Below are positions 38,735 to 50,185 of a stretch of DNA of 64,000 nucleotides, one piece after another; position 1 is the first letter of the stretch, and each line of letters starts with the position of its first letter. A model generated the notes under the pieces. That model was given only the letters and a program-made list of their open reading frames with translations, searched no databases and was not told the DNA's origin. A program made the translations under genes and the position numbers. This DNA comes from an uncultured Methanomicrobiales archaeon (GTDB taxonomy: Archaea > Halobacteriota > Methanomicrobia > Methanomicrobiales > Methanospirillaceae). Location: assembly GCA_963758915.1 (NCBI GenBank), contig CAVWXH010000010.1, positions 1-64,000 of the forward strand, given 5' to 3'.

Positions 38735-41053
38735 TTATTCGCTCTTCCCAGACTTGCCATAAACCCCGCATGCAGGCGGACATCGTGTCTCCAAGGAAAC
38801 GGACTCTCGTAATGATTCAAGCAGGAGGACCGTTGCCTGCTTGTCAAGCGGCTGGTTATCATTGCCACATTTGGGGGAATAGATACAGGAAGGGCATCCC
38901 GTTTCACACCTGCAGTCCCTGACCAGGTCGGTTGTCATCCCGACGATCTCTTCAAATTTGGAAAATGCATTTTCTGCAAGACCTATACCCCCTGGAAAAC
39001 CATCGTATATGATCACCGTTGGTTCACCAGACCCCGGAAATGCAGGGGAAGAGAACCCCCCGATATCCCTGCGGTCACACATTACATGAAATGGCATTAC
39101 TGCAATGAGTGCATGTTCGGCTCCATGGAGCCCGCCCCCAAAATCCAGCATGCGCCCCTCTATATCTGTAGATACCCTTGGAGACGCGACAAACCACAGT
39201 GCCCGTGTATTAAACGTGACAGGTGGCAGGGAAAGAGGCTCGACGCTGATGATCGTGTCATAGAGCATGACCCGGTAGGAAGAACAGTGCTCGGTGACGG
39301 TCACCTCACCAAAGGAGAGCCTGCTGTCCCCAACCATCCGGTTTCTCTCCTCCCGGACGATCCCTACCTCAACCGACCGGAGTGGTTTCGTATAATAGTC
39401 AACATCGGTGCGTTCAACCCTGATGACATGGCGGTCAGAATCCATCGAAAGGACCAAAAATTTTTCACCCTGGTGATAGAGGATGGCCCCTTCATGGGCC
39501 TCCCGGAATGCCTGGGACTGGTCCATCGTCTCGAGGGTCTCCCCGTTGCACATGACCTTGAACGTGATGGTGGAGAGTGCTGACAGACTGGCCAGTTCAA
39601 CCGGTCTCCGGGTCCCCGAGTAGATATAACCTCTCCGTGTCTTGCTGAGAAGGTGCTCCCCGGCAAGAGAAGAAAGGACCTGCTCCAGGTCTTTTCCAAA
39701 AAACCGGTCATCATTGCCCGTTGTTACCGGTAGTTCGGCGGCTGCACAGAGTACCTGGCCGGAGAGGATGTAAGGATTGTCCAGGTCTATTATCGCATGC
39801 TCGTGTCGGGACTGGAAAAATTGATCCGGGTGGTGCATAAAATACTGGTCGAGCGGGTCTGCATGTGCGATCAGGATAGCGAGTGAATCCGCAGTGGTCC
39901 TCCCTGCCCTGCCTGCCTGTTGCCAGGTCGACATGATAGTGCCGGGAAACCCTGTCATAATGACACCGTCGAGGCAGCCGACATCGATGCCAACCTCGAG
40001 GGCGTTGGTCGAGACAATACCCCTCAAAAGACCACGTTTCATCCGGTCTTCAATCTCTCTCCGCTCCTCCGGGAGGTAACCTGCCCGGTACGCGGAGACA
40101 AGGGCCGGGTCTGCGTTGTCCTTGCGGATAAGGTCATCACGAACCTGCAGGGTGATGAGTTCGGTAAGCTTTCGTGAACCCGTAAAACAGAGCATCCGGA
40201 GGTCGTGGTTCATGCACATCCTGAGTAATTTCCCGCTTTCACACAATGTTGATCCTGACATATCGCCATCCGGGAAGGGATTATAAGTGACAAAGTTTTT
40301 TGTCCCCCCCGGGGAGCCGTCAGAAGAGATGCAGTTAATTCGTTTTCCGGTAAGGCGACTTGCAAATTCCTGCGGGTTTGCGATTGTTGCCGATGAGAGG
40401 ACAATCAGGGGGTCCTTCCCGTGGTGTGCGCAAATCCTCCGGAGGCGGCGGATGACAAATGCCATGTTTGAGCCGAACACACCGCGGTACTGGTGGGCCT
40501 CATCGATTACTACAATGGCAAGGTTTTTTAAAAAAACTGACCACTGGTGGTGCCAGGGAAGGATTGTATGGAGCTCGTAGGGATTGGAGATAATAATACG
40601 GGACCCGGATCGTATCAGCGGTCGTCGCCCGGCCGGAGTGTCCCCGTCATATATTGCGGAATTTAAAGAAATTCCCGTGTTTTGCTCAATATCCAGCAAT
40701 GTCTTCAACTGGTCGTGGCTGAGTGCCTTGGTTGGGTACAGGTAAAGGGCCGTGGCTGCCGGTTCATTGAAAAGGCGTTCAATAATGGGAAGAGTGAAGG
40801 CAAGTGTCTTCCCGGAAGCCGTGGCAGTGGTAAGGATAAGGTCCTTCCCGTTACGAATGGACTCGATCGCATCGCACTGGTGGGTGTAAAGAGACAACCC
40901 GCGCTCGCAAAGGAATGTCTCCAGTGGCTGGGGCAGGGGTTTCATTAATGTACCATATATCGCATCCCTGGCCGGGATAGTCTCGATATGTGCCGTATGT
41001 TCACGGTATTCCGGGTCGTTTTGTAACTTGGTGATAACCTCTCCCATGGTCAT
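38735..41053 (-). CDS. DEAH helicase with DUF1998 Zn domain (YprA/MrfA/SftH family)
   Basis: 'TASGKT', 'DEAH.YRGVFGS', 'QQAGRAGR', 'CRCETGCPSCIYSPKCGN'. Confidence 0.92.
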   Translation of the reverse strand: MTMGEVITKLQNDPEYREHTAHIETIPARDAIYGTLMKPLPQPLETFLCERGLSLYTHQCDAIESIRNGKDLILTTATASGKTLAFTLPIIERLFNEPAATALYLYPTKALSHDQLKTLLDIEQNTGISLNSAIYDGDTPAGRRPLIRSGSRIIISNPYELHTILPWHHQWSVFLKNLAIVVIDEAHQYRGVFGSNMAFVIRRLRRICAHHGKDPLIVLSSATIANPQEFASRLTGKRINCISSDGSPGGTKNFVTYNPFPDGDMSGSTLCESGKLLRMCMNHDLRMLCFTGSRKLTELITLQVRDDLIRKDNADPALVSAYRAGYLPEERREIEDRMKRGLLRGIVSTNALEVGIDVGCLDGVIMTGFPGTIMSTWQQAGRAGRTTADSLAILIAHADPLDQYFMHHPDQFFQSRHEHAIIDLDNPYILSGQVLCAAAELPVTTGNDDRFFGKDLEQVLSSLAGEHLLSKTRRGYIYSGTRRPVELASLSALSTITFKVMCNGETLETMDQSQAFREAHEGAILYHQGEKFLVLSMDSDRHVIRVERTDVDYYTKPLRSVEVGIVREERNRMVGDSRLSFGEVTVTEHCSSYRVMLYDTIISVEPLSLPPVTFNTRALWFVASPRVSTDIEGRMLDFGGGLHGAEHALIAVMPFHVMCDRRDIGGFSSPAFPGSGEPTVIIYDGFPGGIGLAENAFSKFEEIVGMTTDLVRDCRCETGCPSCIYSPKCGNDNQPLDKQATVLLLESLRESVSLETRCPPACGVYGKSGKSE

Positions 41054-42122
41054 GCCGGGCCCTCCAAAAAGTGAAACAGCAATTTTGCGAGACTGGTGAC
41101 GTCTTCAAGGTTATGTTGTACAATTGGCACAAGAGGGCCCGGGTTTCCCGATTGAAGGTATGTCTCGTAGAATTCAGGTACCATACTTCCCGGGAGGTCA
41201 TGTGATCTAGAGGATCCAAGGAGATGCTGTTCAATGGTACTGAGCCTGCAGTCATGTAAAAGGTGTCCTGCATTACGCCTGGATGCATGGAGCAGGTCGA
41301 CATGATGGCGTGGTCTTTCCATCGTACCTCCATAGAATGCGGACCTTGAGATAAGGTAGGGGATATCAAACGTTTTCCCGTTATATGAAACAACGACCGG
41401 TTTTTCCTGCAAGCGCTGCAGGATCAGGTCAAGAGCAGGTAATTCCTCCGCCATGTCCCTGACAAGGAACTGGCGTACAACAACATGCTGGTCCTCGATA
41501 GTTGCAAACCCGAAAAGGATGACCGGCCTTCCGAAAAACCCCATGGTTTCAAGGTCGAGGAAGAGATAGGAATCATGCCCGTAGAGTCCCGATGCGAGGA
41601 TTGCCAACGGATGTGACGAAGAATGCCGCCGTTCAATAAGCGATACAACCTCGTCAGGGTTGCCGTTAAGTACCCTGCTGACACAATCTTTCGCCCCGTC
41701 GCGGAAACGCCGGTGTGAGACAAGGTCTTCTACCGTCCTGTGACCTTTTCTTCGCAACACCCCTGCAATTACCGGGCCGATACCCCGGACGAGCGTAAGG
41801 TCTTCAAGAATCCTCCTTCTTACCTGGTCGGAGTCCGGGTGGGGCAACCGGATACCGGTGGGTGTGGTGATCTCGAAGCATTCCCCCTCCGGGGTGAATA
41901 TGGTCCTGCCATTAAATACATCCTCGACAGCCATCCCTGCATGTCTGTCCAGAATTTTTTTTTTAGATCACGTGCCTTTCTGAACTCAGATTCAAAAACA
42001 GAAGACCCGGAAAAACCAGCCCTGAATACCGAATCGTTTCTCACCACCTGGAAATCATGCGACGTATCATTCTTTGATCGCCATTGCCTGCTGACCGCTT
42101 CATAGGACGATTTGGAGATCAT
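41050..42122 (-). CDS. YprB/MrfB-like DEDD exonuclease (RNase_H_2) with HhH motif; frameshift at a homopolymer near 41960
   Basis: 'VRGIGP', 'FLDLETMG', 'YNGKTFD', 'HNLEDV'. Upstream ORF 41820-42122 probably supplies the N-terminus. Confidence 0.85.
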
Positions 42123-42346
42123 GCTGATCGAACATATACCTCCCCCTTTTCAAAGGTATGCCGCGGGGGGTGAAAGTGAAAGATACCTGAGTATAGGCAA
42201 ATTTTCATTGTGGTTTTACAATCCATCTGAAAATCCGGGGTTACGGTGTAGCAGGCAGGAGCATTCGGGAACCATGATCACATTTCCCAACAAAGCATCC
42301 GGGGAAAACAGCATTAAAGGAAGTGGACCAAGAGTATTTTGCAGTA

Positions 42347-43006
42347 ATGATAGCGCTATTCCAGCATGGGGCCGGTGAGTCGCCGGGATATATTCTTGAG
42401 CTTCTCAGTGAGGGTGAAACAAAGTATAACATATTCCATATTTATGAGACCTGTGAGGTGCCGGAAGGAATTAAAGCCACTCACCTGGTATTTCTGGGCG
42501 GGCAGATGAGTGTCAACGATGAGAAAGAATACCCCTGGCTTTTACAGGAAAAACAGCTAATCCGTGATGCAATCCTGTCCGGCACACCTATCCTCGGTAT
42601 CTGTCTCGGTGCCCAGCTTATTGCCTCCGCACTTGGGAAAAAAGTGTTCCCCTGCCAGGAAGAGAGGGGGTGGTATGAAATCCGGAAAAACATACCGTCC
42701 GGGCTTGCGAAGCCCGGGAACAACCTGACCGTGTTTCAGTGGCACGGTGAGAGTTTCGAGCTCCCGGGCGGGGCCGTATTGGAATACCAGGGGGACGGTG
42801 TCCAAAATCAGATGTTCACCATTGGCTCCGCAACAGGTGTGCAGTTCCATCCGGAAGTCACCGAAGGCATTATCCGTGACTGGTTACTTGCTGCGGGGCG
42901 GGAAGAACGAGATGAAATCATGTCGCAGACTTTCCGTAACATCAAGGGCAGTAACCGGATCTGCCGGTCAATTTTTAATGGTTTCCTTGCGGGGTCTGCC
43001 ATATGA
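42347..43006 (+). CDS. Class I glutamine amidotransferase-like protein
   Basis: 'LGICLGAQL', 'WHGE', 'QFHPE'. Confidence 0.92.
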   Translation: MIALFQHGAGESPGYILELLSEGETKYNIFHIYETCEVPEGIKATHLVFLGGQMSVNDEKEYPWLLQEKQLIRDAILSGTPILGICLGAQLIASALGKKVFPCQEERGWYEIRKNIPSGLAKPGNNLTVFQWHGESFELPGGAVLEYQGDGVQNQMFTIGSATGVQFHPEVTEGIIRDWLLAAGREERDEIMSQTFRNIKGSNRICRSIFNGFLAGSAI

Positions 43007-43771
43007 ACGTGAAGGGTGTATTACTCGACCTTGACGGTGTGTTGTATACGGGTGAAGATACCGTACCAGGGGCACCCGAAGCAATCCGGTACCTGAAGGA
43101 ACAGGGGTATATCACCCGGTTCGTCTCGAACAGCACCAGGAAAACCCGGGCCTCAATTGAGTCCCGCCTTCAGGGATTTGGATTCGATATCGGGAAAGAT
43201 GAGATCTTCACACCGTCCGCTGCAGCAATTAACTCTATTACAGGCTCAGGTCTGAAACGGGTTCATCTCCTGACAACAATGGACCTCCATGCAGAATTTA
43301 AAGCCGCAGGACTGGTTCACCAGGATAACGGCGCAGACTGGGTTATTATTGGCGATGCCGGGGATAATTTCAACTACGAATCGATGAACAAGGCATTCCG
43401 GCTGGTACTGACAGGGGGCCGGAATAATTGCACTTGAGACAGACCGGTACTGGATGGGGAGTGACGGGCTGATGTTGTCTGCAGGACCGTTTGTGCGGGG
43501 GATTGAATATGCCACGGGAAAAACAGCAGCCCTGGTGGGTAAACCTTCACCGGGATTTTTCGGGATGGCTCTCCGGGACATGGGACTGACACCCGTGGAT
43601 GCAGTAATGATCGGGGATGACGTGGTGACCGATACCGGTGGCGCAATGAAAGCCGGAATGCAGGGTATTTTAGTCAAAACCGGGAAATTCAGCCCTGGCT
43701 CCCTTGCTATGGCCGACCCCGGACCCACGGCAATTATCGGTTCAATTGCGGAAATCGACACTATTCTATGA
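43003..43771 (+). CDS. HAD-IIA hydrolase (LHPP-like), +1 frameshift in a G-run near 43415
   Basis: 'DLDGVLY', 'SNS', 'GKPS', 'MIGDD..TD', 'VKTGKF' across two ORFs. Confidence 0.88.
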
Positions 43772-43848
43772 ACCCCGCTGCCGGTGTTTCATCACCGAAA
43801 GGGGGATTACCGGTAAAATAGGAGGTAACGGCGGGAGACCCTGATTGA

Positions 43849-44766
43849 TCATTCCAGGTGGATTATTTGGGGTCCCCGGTTGCCGGATATGGCGGTGACT
43901 ATTTCTGAATTATGTATCCTCCGGAGCGCACAATTACAGTAATCTTCAGAAATATCAATGCCAATAAAGCGCCTTCCGAGTTTCCAGGCGACGAGTGACG
44001 TCGTCCCGGCGCCATTAAACGGGTCGAGTATAATATCGTCCCGGTACGAGAAGAGTTTCATCAATCGTTTCGGTAGTTCCTCAGGGAACATTGCCGGATG
44101 ACCGTAGTCCTTCATCCGGATTTCGGGAGGAAATGACCATTTTCCTATCACCCACTCCTTAAACTCTGTATCGGTAATATCGATCCGTTCCCGGTCCCCT
44201 GATTTTTTATGGGTCTCCTTGTCAAACACCTCGATAAATTCCCACGTGTACTTCAGGTATGGCATCGAAGGGGACTTCCAGCTCCCCCACGCCGTGTATT
44301 TCGCGTTATAATTGTTCTTCTCCCACAATATCTCCGCCTTCCAGAGAAAACCCAGTGCCATGAGCTGGTTGGAAATCACGTGGTGTGTCGGGATGTAGTC
44401 TGAGAACAGCGGCTGGACGTTGACAGCGATCCGCCCACCTGGTTTCAGCACACGGTAACACTCGGTCCAGATCCCGTTGAGGGTTTCAAAATATTCATTC
44501 CATTCCCGGGTATCATCGCGTTCGTCCTGTGCATAGGCATGCCCGAAATTATAGGGTGGTGAGGTGATCACGATATCAATGCACCGGTCAGGCATGGAAC
44601 GTAATGCCTGGAGCGCATCACCGCAGATTATCCGGTTGACATATTTCCCGATCTCCGGGGGATCGGGGCACACAATCAGGTCTTTTCTGGATCCCGTACC
44701 CCTCCTGATCTTTGCTTTACCCGGTTTGTCCTGCACCTTGTCAGTTCTCCCGTTCAGGGGGGCCAT
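43849..44766 (-). CDS. Beta-class N4-C/N6-A DNA methyltransferase (orphan)
   Basis: 'TSPPY' precedes 'HPAMFP' and 'LDPFNGAGTT'. Confidence 0.92.
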   Translation of the reverse strand: MAPLNGRTDKVQDKPGKAKIRRGTGSRKDLIVCPDPPEIGKYVNRIICGDALQALRSMPDRCIDIVITSPPYNFGHAYAQDERDDTREWNEYFETLNGIWTECYRVLKPGGRIAVNVQPLFSDYIPTHHVISNQLMALGFLWKAEILWEKNNYNAKYTAWGSWKSPSMPYLKYTWEFIEVFDKETHKKSGDRERIDITDTEFKEWVIGKWSFPPEIRMKDYGHPAMFPEELPKRLMKLFSYRDDIILDPFNGAGTTSLVAWKLGRRFIGIDISEDYCNCALRRIHNSEIVTAISGNRGPQIIHLE

Positions 44767-44969
44767 TCACTGTATATAAACACTGATGGCGGTTAAATTC
44801 TCTCGTCCAAGCTTCCGCGGAGTAATTACTGGCAGACAGCTGGCCAGGGAAATGGCAACATCTCACCGGGACCGGGACCCCTGCCTCAATATACGTGATA
44901 AAACATCTGGATTAGCTCTTTGAAAAGCGTTTAATGGTTCGGTTACCATACACTCTACCTGACTTGACT

Positions 44970-45701
44970 ATGCTCGATATTGAAGACCTCCATGTGAGGG
45001 TAGGGGACCGTGAGGTCCTCCATGATGTCAACCTCCGGATTAAGGAGGGTGAGACCCACGTGCTCATGGGGCCGAATGGTTCCGGAAAGAGCACTTTACT
45101 CATGACAATAATGGGATTTGCAAACTACACGGTTACAAAGGGGAGGATTTCGTTCAAAGATAAGGATATCACCAACCTTCCAATCCACGAGCGGGCAAAA
45201 CTCGGCATCGGCATTATGTTCCAGAGACCCCCTACCATATCGGGCCTGAAACTTGGGAAACTTCTTGTCGCGACATCAGGCAATAAAACTGAAGAGGTCG
45301 CCGGGTACGCAAAAAATATGCACATGGACCGGTTCCTCGAGCGGGATATCAATAAGGGTTTTTCCGGTGGGGAGATCAAGCGGAGCGAGGTACTCCAGCT
45401 GATGGTGCAGAAACCGGACTTCGTCATGCTCGATGAACCCGAAAGCGGTGTAGACCTGGAAAATATATCCCTGATCGGGGCTGCTATCGGGAACCTGCTG
45501 GAGAAGGACGCTCACCTTATGAAGCGAAAAAAGAGCGGGCTTGTCATCACGCACACCGGGTATATCCTCGATTATCTTGACGCGGATAGAGGCCATGTCA
45601 TGTGTGACGGGGAGATCCGGTGTCACGGGAACCCGCGGGAAATCTTAAAAGATATCAAAGCACGTGGTTACAAGGAGTGTCTCGAATGCCGGCAGAACTA
45701 G
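44970..45701 (+). CDS. sufC: SufC/SmsC Fe-S assembly ATPase
   Basis: 'GPNGSGKS', 'FSGGEIKR', 'LDEPESGVD', C-terminal 'CLEC'. Confidence 0.92.
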   Translation: MLDIEDLHVRVGDREVLHDVNLRIKEGETHVLMGPNGSGKSTLLMTIMGFANYTVTKGRISFKDKDITNLPIHERAKLGIGIMFQRPPTISGLKLGKLLVATSGNKTEEVAGYAKNMHMDRFLERDINKGFSGGEIKRSEVLQLMVQKPDFVMLDEPESGVDLENISLIGAAIGNLLEKDAHLMKRKKSGLVITHTGYILDYLDADRGHVMCDGEIRCHGNPREILKDIKARGYKECLECRQN

Positions 45702-46804
45702 GGAAGGACCTTGGTCTTTCAGCGGAAGACCGGGAACGCCTGGCCCAGTCCGGAATTGACCTCAACATGGGAAACCGGTGTGGCAGTTATATACAGATGA
45801 ACCAGGATGTTGTGCAGGAAAGTTGCAGCGAAAAGGGCATTGAAGTCCTGTCCGTAGGGAATGCACTGAAAAAGTACGACTGGATCAAGGACTACATGTG
45901 GAACCTGGTCCCGAAGGATAAAGATGAATTTACAAGGTATGTCGCCGAAGCCGCCGATCAGAAAGGTTATGTAATCATTGCGCACAAGGGCAGCAGCAAT
46001 ATACTGCCGGTACAGGCATGCCTCTATCTCGGCCGGGAAAAGATCCAGCACGTCCATAATATTGTCATTGCAGAGGAAGGCTCTGAATTACATATCGTAT
46101 CAGGCTGTGCAAGTGGCCAGCACGTGGGAAAAGGCGGGGCACATTATGGGATCAGCGAATTTTACGTGGGTAAAAACGCCAAGATCAGTTTTACCATGAT
46201 CCATACCTGGGGAGAAGACATCGATGTGTATCCCCGGAGCGCCGCAAAAATTGAGGAAAACGGCGTGTTCTTATCCAATTACGTCTGCATGAAACCCGTC
46301 CATAAAGTCCAGATGTACCCTACTGCCCACCTGGTCGGTGAGAATTCAGTCGCCAGGTTCAGCAGCGTCGTCATTGCAACACCAGGGTCACACCTCGACT
46401 TAGGCTCCCGCGCAATCCTTGGTGCGAAGGGAGCAAGTGCCGAGCTGGTCACCCGTGCGATTACCAAGGGAGGCACGATAATCTCCCGGGGGCACATTCT
46501 TGGGAAAACCGAGGGGACCAGGGGCCACCTCGAATGCAAAGGGCTGATCCTGAAAGACGGAGTAATCTATGCAATCCCTGAAATAGAGGGCAACGTTGTC
46601 GGGACTGAGCTCTCCCACGAGGCCGCGGTGGGAAAAATTGCAAGGGATGAGATTGAGTACCTGATGTCCAGGGGACTGGATGAGGATTCCGCGACTGCAA
46701 CGATCATCCGGGGTTTCCTCGATGTGAAGATCGCCGGACTGCCGGATGCACTCCAGGAACAGATAGATGCGGCCATTGATGTGGCTGAAAAGGCCGGGTT
46801 CTGA
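45686..46804 (+). CDS. sufB: SufB/SmsB Fe-S scaffold
   Basis: 'GHLECKGL', 'LSHEAAVGKI...EYLMSRGL'. Confidence 0.92.
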   Translation: MPAELGKDLGLSAEDRERLAQSGIDLNMGNRCGSYIQMNQDVVQESCSEKGIEVLSVGNALKKYDWIKDYMWNLVPKDKDEFTRYVAEAADQKGYVIIAHKGSSNILPVQACLYLGREKIQHVHNIVIAEEGSELHIVSGCASGQHVGKGGAHYGISEFYVGKNAKISFTMIHTWGEDIDVYPRSAAKIEENGVFLSNYVCMKPVHKVQMYPTAHLVGENSVARFSSVVIATPGSHLDLGSRAILGAKGASAELVTRAITKGGTIISRGHILGKTEGTRGHLECKGLILKDGVIYAIPEIEGNVVGTELSHEAAVGKIARDEIEYLMSRGLDEDSATATIIRGFLDVKIAGLPDALQEQIDAAIDVAEKAGF

Positions 46805-46838
46805 GTCCTGACGGGATAGTGGTGGCAGGGTCAGAACG

Positions 46839-47489
46839 ATGCCGGTGGATTCGCGGACAGAAGAACGACTGCGAATGGTCAGGGACCAGGTCGAGGCCCG
46901 GGGTGTTGATGACAGGAGGGTGCTCGATGCGATGCGGGAAATACCCCGGCATCTTTTCATTCCCGATGAGTACCGGGATGCTGCATACCATGACCGTCCC
47001 CTCCCTATCGGTAGCGGACAGACGATATCCCAGCCCTATATTGTCGGGCTGATGACCTCTCTTCTCGAATTAAAACAAAGCGACAAGGTGCTTGAAATCG
47101 GGGCCGGGAGCGGCTACCAGGCAGCTCTCCTCTCAAAGCTTGCCCGGACTGTGGTAACCGTCGAGCGGCTACCGGAAATCGCGGCGAAAGCAAAAGAGGT
47201 CATGCAGCACCTTGGGATTATCAATGTAAAGGTCGTGGTGGAAGATGGCACCCTGGGTTACGCCCCGGATGCCCCGTATGACGGGATAATTATTACTGCT
47301 GCATCACCGGATATTCCGCCACCGCTTATCGGACAACTGGCAGATAAGGGGAGGCTGGTCGCACCCGTCGGTTCACGTGACATTCAGCAGCTTGTCCGGA
47401 TTAGGAAGCAGGGTGACCGGATCAGCCGTGAAACGTTTGGTGGCGTGGTGTTTGTACCCCTCTTAGGTCACCATGGCTGGCAGGAATGA
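46839..47489 (+). CDS. pcm: Protein-L-isoaspartate O-methyltransferase
   Basis: 'GQTISQP', 'LEIGAGSGYQAA', 'APYDGI', 'FVPL'. Confidence 0.96.
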   Translation: MPVDSRTEERLRMVRDQVEARGVDDRRVLDAMREIPRHLFIPDEYRDAAYHDRPLPIGSGQTISQPYIVGLMTSLLELKQSDKVLEIGAGSGYQAALLSKLARTVVTVERLPEIAAKAKEVMQHLGIINVKVVVEDGTLGYAPDAPYDGIIITAASPDIPPPLIGQLADKGRLVAPVGSRDIQQLVRIRKQGDRISRETFGGVVFVPLLGHHGWQE

Positions 47490-47493
47490 GAGT

Positions 47494-48153
47494 ATGAAAA
47501 CGTTCTACGATATAACCCATGCATTATCTGAAGATACCCCGGTATACCCCGGGGATATCGAACCCCGTTTTTCCCAGGAGGATTGTGGGCAATACCTGCT
47601 GACAGGGCTTCGGATGAGTACCCATTCGGGGACACATATCGATGCCCCGTCCCACTACCTGAAAAACAATGAAAGTATAGACCGGATACCGCTTGCTGCG
47701 CTTATTGGGCCTTGCAGGGTGATTGATCTCTCCGGTATACCAGGGGAGATAACGGCCGACGATTTAAAAGACAGGATAGAAGGCACCAGGAGAATTTTGT
47801 TAAAAACCGGGTGCAATTTTTACGGGCAGTTCGATCCTGACTATATCAGCCTGAGTGTATCAGCCGCAACAACGATCTCGGCGAGGGGAATCATCGCAGT
47901 TGGTATCGATTCCCCATCCATCGAGAAGTTTCATGGTACAGGGGAGGTACACCGTGAGCTCCTTGGAAAGGGTATCGTGGTGATTGAGTATCTCGATCTT
48001 TCAGCGGTCCCTGAAGGGGATTACCAGATGGTTGCCCTGCCACTCCGTCTCCGTGGACTGGATGGCTCCCCTGCAAGAGTGGTGCTCTACGATTCAGATT
48101 CCCCATCCATTGGAAAACCCGGTCGGGCTGGTCAGGAGGTGTTGCTGAGATGA
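47494..48153 (+). CDS. Cyclase family (kynurenine formamidase-like) metal hydrolase
   Basis: 'HSGTHIDAPSH', 'GIDSPS', 'DGSPARV'. Confidence 0.9.
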   Translation: MKTFYDITHALSEDTPVYPGDIEPRFSQEDCGQYLLTGLRMSTHSGTHIDAPSHYLKNNESIDRIPLAALIGPCRVIDLSGIPGEITADDLKDRIEGTRRILLKTGCNFYGQFDPDYISLSVSAATTISARGIIAVGIDSPSIEKFHGTGEVHRELLGKGIVVIEYLDLSAVPEGDYQMVALPLRLRGLDGSPARVVLYDSDSPSIGKPGRAGQEVLLR

Positions 48154-48755
48154 GTATGATTGAAGAATCGGTTATTCTCCTGGAAGAGCGTGTACAGGGT
48201 TCAGGCTGCGAAGACGGTGTAGTGAACCTCCGTGTCGACCCTGATTGTGTGAAATGCCCTTATGAACATGGTATTTGCATGGTCGCAACATACGGTGGAA
48301 AATCAGCGGAATTTGTCACCAGTGACCCGACACGGGCCACGACGAAACTATCGTTTATGTTTGGCGCAACGTTTGAAAATCCGCGGATAAGGGCCGCAGC
48401 CTGTGCGATAATTAATGCCCTGACCGGTTTTCTCTGTATCAACCGGATCAGCCATGCCTGTATTCCCGGATGCCACCAGACCTGCCTGGATGAGTTGAAA
48501 GGAAAGATTAATGGACGGAAGGTCTGTCTTATCGGCTCCTCCAGCCGGCTGGAAATGGAATTAAAGGCACTTCTGGTCGACAGGATCGAAGATGCAGAAT
48601 TGATCTTGGTTAACGGGGATGGCCTGGAATCTGATGAGGGTGCCAGGTTGTTGGACTCAGAATATCCTGGAAAAGAACTGCTTTTCACAGGCCCCTCAAC
48701 ATCCGGGGTTGCAATCCTTGAAAAAATTCCCCACTGGTGCCCGCATGGGAGATGA
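48150..48755 (+). CDS. Hypothetical Cys-rich protein (DUF364-like, uncertain)
   Basis: 'RAAACAIINA', Rossmann-like 'KVCLIG', 'GPST'. Confidence 0.55.
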   Translation: MSMIEESVILLEERVQGSGCEDGVVNLRVDPDCVKCPYEHGICMVATYGGKSAEFVTSDPTRATTKLSFMFGATFENPRIRAAACAIINALTGFLCINRISHACIPGCHQTCLDELKGKINGRKVCLIGSSSRLEMELKALLVDRIEDAELILVNGDGLESDEGARLLDSEYPGKELLFTGPSTSGVAILEKIPHWCPHGR

Positions 48756-48934
48756 TGAAAAAAATCCCTTATTTACCCCATGCGATATGATTCACATAAC
48801 GGGTATAAAATATTGAAATATCAGGCCCTTGTGTAACATAGTGCTATAATAAAGAGAAATATTACTATAATACATATATTTCAGAACAGGATCGTGTAAA
48901 AATATGACAGGATGTAGCATTTTTCAATATTCTC

Positions 48935-50125
48935 ATGATAGTAACTGGTAATATGAATCCTGATAGCAAACCTAAAAGATCATCCGTCGTAATTATCGGT
49001 CCTTCGCAGAGGTTTCTTTCCGGTATCAGCTATTTAACCCTCTGCTTTCGAATTCTCTGGCAGATTATTGTAGCGTCACAGCTGTACTATTTCGGAATAT
49101 GCTCCCCAAAAATTCTTTTCCGGGATATAAGAGGGTTGGAGCAGACACTGGCAGATTTTGGTTACAGGTGAGATATTCCGTGGTTGAGTTGCTTGACTGG
49201 TATAATCCCTTCACCTGGTTACGTAGGCCAGAGAAACATGGAAAAGGAGATGTTATTATTCTCCAGTGGTGGACCTCCAGCGTTGCTCATATGTATCTCG
49301 CAATTTCGCTGATGAATCTAAAGAAAAAACCGATAGTTATAGAATTTCACGAGATAGTTGATCCCCTGGAAAATGGTTTTTTTGCTCTTCGCCTCTATTC
49401 AAAAATATTGGGGTCGCTGATAAGACGTCTTGCAACGTTTTACATTGTGCACTCAGAGATTGATCGCCAGTTAATAAGTTCACATTATGATATCGATCCT
49501 GGAAAAGGTCAGGGTGATCCCGATTGGTATTTTTGATCAATATAAAAAAATCGATAAGGACCTGGCAAAAGACCAGCTCGGGATCAGGGAATCAAATGTT
49601 ATACTCTTCTTTGGGTTAATACGCCCATATAAAGGGGTTAAATTTCTGGTCAAAGCCTTCGAGAGTCTCCCCCCCGATTGCATCCATAATTCTCGACTTT
49701 TAATTGTGGGGGAGGCATGGGAAGATCAGGAATTAGGCAAAATCATTGCGAAATCCCCCGTTAAGTCCCATATCTCTCTTATTGACAGGTATGTAGGGGA
49801 CTCTGAAATTCCATCTTTTTTTTCTGCTTCCGATGCACTGGTAATGCCATACATAAGGGCTTCCCAGAGCGGAGTTGCCCATATTGGTATGGAATTTGGT
49901 ATTCCCATCATTGCAACACGGGTTGGCGGGCTTGAAGAAAGTCTTGGAAAATATGGGGGTACCAGTTTCATCAATCCGATGGACCCTGATGAACTCGCAA
50001 AGGTAATTGAACAAACATTATCAAACAAAAAACTATTCGAGCCACCGGGAGAACTGAGATGGGATGTTATTGCGGGACAATGGAACGATCTCATAAACAG
50101 ACTCCAAAGTAATAAAGAGGGATAA
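48935..50125 (+). CDS. GT4 family glycosyltransferase (split by frameshifts)
   Basis: Three ORFs; 'LQWW', 'FFGLIRPYKG', 'PYIRASQSGV', 'TRVGGL'. Confidence 0.82.
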
Positions 50126-50185
50126 AACAAAAAAACCCTTAAAAGCTGTATTGAGATCCGAGGAAAAAGATCTGTGGAATGTCGA

